From the NCBI GenBank assembly GCA_964613525.1, contig CAZTIN010000002.1, positions 1 to 32,844 on the forward strand: a DNA stretch of 32,844 bases. The letters run 5' to 3'. Origin of the DNA: an uncultured Candidatus Saccharibacteria bacterium (GTDB lineage: Bacteria; Patescibacteriota; Minisyncoccia; Phycocordibacterales; UBA9973). Both the position numbers and the translations under genes were made by a program. Positions 32,001 through 32,844 of this stretch are shown here, piece after piece (within the stretch, counting starts at the first letter, position 1; every line of letters starts with the position of its first letter). Under the pieces are notes generated by a model. The model searched no databases. It had not been told where the DNA came from and saw only the letters and a program-made list of their open reading frames with translations.

Positions 32001-32844
32001 ATGGATTTACACAGTATGGTGATAAACTTAAAGAGCCTGAATACGTTCGGTATTGAAGCCCGGGCGCGTGTTTTTGTGATTAAAAACACGGCTAATTTAG
32101 TAGATTATATGTCTAGTAATTCTAATAATAACTATTTTGTTTTAGGTGGCGGGTCTAATATTATCCTAGATGAAAGTATTAAAGAGAGGGATATTCTAAA
32201 GATAGAAATAAAAGGTAAAGATATAGTTGAAAAAGATGACAGTAGTGCATTTGTGCGTATAGGAGCAGGGGAAAATTGGGATGATGTAGTAGCCTGGAGT
32301 ATAGACCAGGGTCTATCTGGAATAGAAGCATTATCTGCTATACCAGGTAGTGCTGGTGCTACTCCAGTGCAAAATGTAGGAGCCTATGGAACAGAAATAA
32401 AAGACGTTCTTGTTTCGGTAACTGTATTCGATACAAAAGAAAATAAAATTAAAACAATTTATAATAAAGACTGTGAATTTACCTATAGGAATAGTTTATT
32501 CAAGTCTAAAGAAAAAGGACGATATATCATAACTGATATTTTATTAAAACTATCAATGGGTTCCGCTACTATGCCAGACTACCCAGCGGTAAGAAAATAT
32601 TTTGCAGATATAGGTATTACTAGTCCGACAGCTTTGGAAATACGTAACGCTATAACTGAAATTAGGTGGTCTAAATTACCTCATCCGGAAGAGTTAGGTA
32701 ACTGCGGTTCATTCTTTGAAAACCCAATAGTTCCAAACGAAGTTGCAAATAAAATAAAAGAACAATTTCCTGAAATAACTTTGTATAAAATAGACGACAA
32801 TCATTCTAAAATCCCAGCAGGGTTCCTTCTGGAGAAGGCGGGAC
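32001..32844 (+). CDS. murB: UDP-N-acetylenolpyruvoylglucosamine reductase, 3' partial (runs off the window)
   Basis: Hand translation gives MDLHSMVINLKSLNTFGIEA...VLGGGSNIIL...AIPGSAGATPVQNVGAYG...CGSFFENP...KIPAGFLLEKAG. Alternative in-frame starts lie at 31995 and 32016. Confidence 0.85.
   Translation, partial: MDLHSMVINLKSLNTFGIEARARVFVIKNTANLVDYMSSNSNNNYFVLGGGSNIILDESIKERDILKIEIKGKDIVEKDDSSAFVRIGAGENWDDVVAWSIDQGLSGIEALSAIPGSAGATPVQNVGAYGTEIKDVLVSVTVFDTKENKIKTIYNKDCEFTYRNSLFKSKEKGRYIITDILLKLSMGSATMPDYPAVRKYFADIGITSPTALEIRNAITEIRWSKLPHPEELGNCGSFFENPIVPNEVANKIKEQFPEITLYKIDDNHSKIPAGFLLEKAG

Noticed and set aside
1-32844. Alternative genetic code (UGA recoded as Gly or Trp), as in some candidate phyla
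   Set aside because: All conserved genes (gyrA, clpB, hisS, infB, murA and others) reach full expected length under the standard code with no in-frame TGA. There is no tRNA with anticodon TCA in the window. Only a stop-codon usage bias remains.
1-32844. CRISPR arrays, transposases, integrases, prophage or defence-system genes
   Set aside because: I saw no regularly spaced direct repeats. No ORF has recombinase, nuclease-helicase or other defence hallmarks. The window is mainly housekeeping apart from the pilin cluster.

Overview
This is an AT-rich bacterial chromosome segment (hand spot counts 33-37% GC). It is densely packed with about 39 protein genes, 6 tRNAs and many intrinsic terminator hairpins. 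Most genes are housekeeping: hisS-def-fmt, lepB, pth, rpsA, gyrA, infB-rbfA, clpB, alr, rpmG, miaA, murA and murB. Several are in reduced form (498-aa IF-2, four-domain S1, 267-aa Fmt). Together with a tandem family of two-TM pilin-like genes and the absence of Shine-Dalgarno motifs, this suggests a Patescibacteria/CPR-like reduced genome; that is an inference. Four things deserve a second look. (1) At 15116-20462 an orphan solute-binding protein is followed by five tandem TrbC/VirB2-like pilin paralogues, the first fused to about 600 aa of Cys-pair FN3/Ig-like modules. No secretion ATPase or channel gene lies in the window. (2) MurA carries an N-terminal XRE-type HTH domain. (3) The 34-nt murA/murB divergent spacer is almost entirely a perfect 22-bp palindrome that decomposes into two back-to-back TGnTATATT extended -10 elements. 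(4) A repeated promoter grammar (TGn-TAnnnT, exactly 6 nt, ATG) predicts leaderless mRNAs for about a dozen transcription units. I saw no CRISPR array, rRNA, transposase or integrase. All calls come from reading motifs by eye; no database search or folding program was run.
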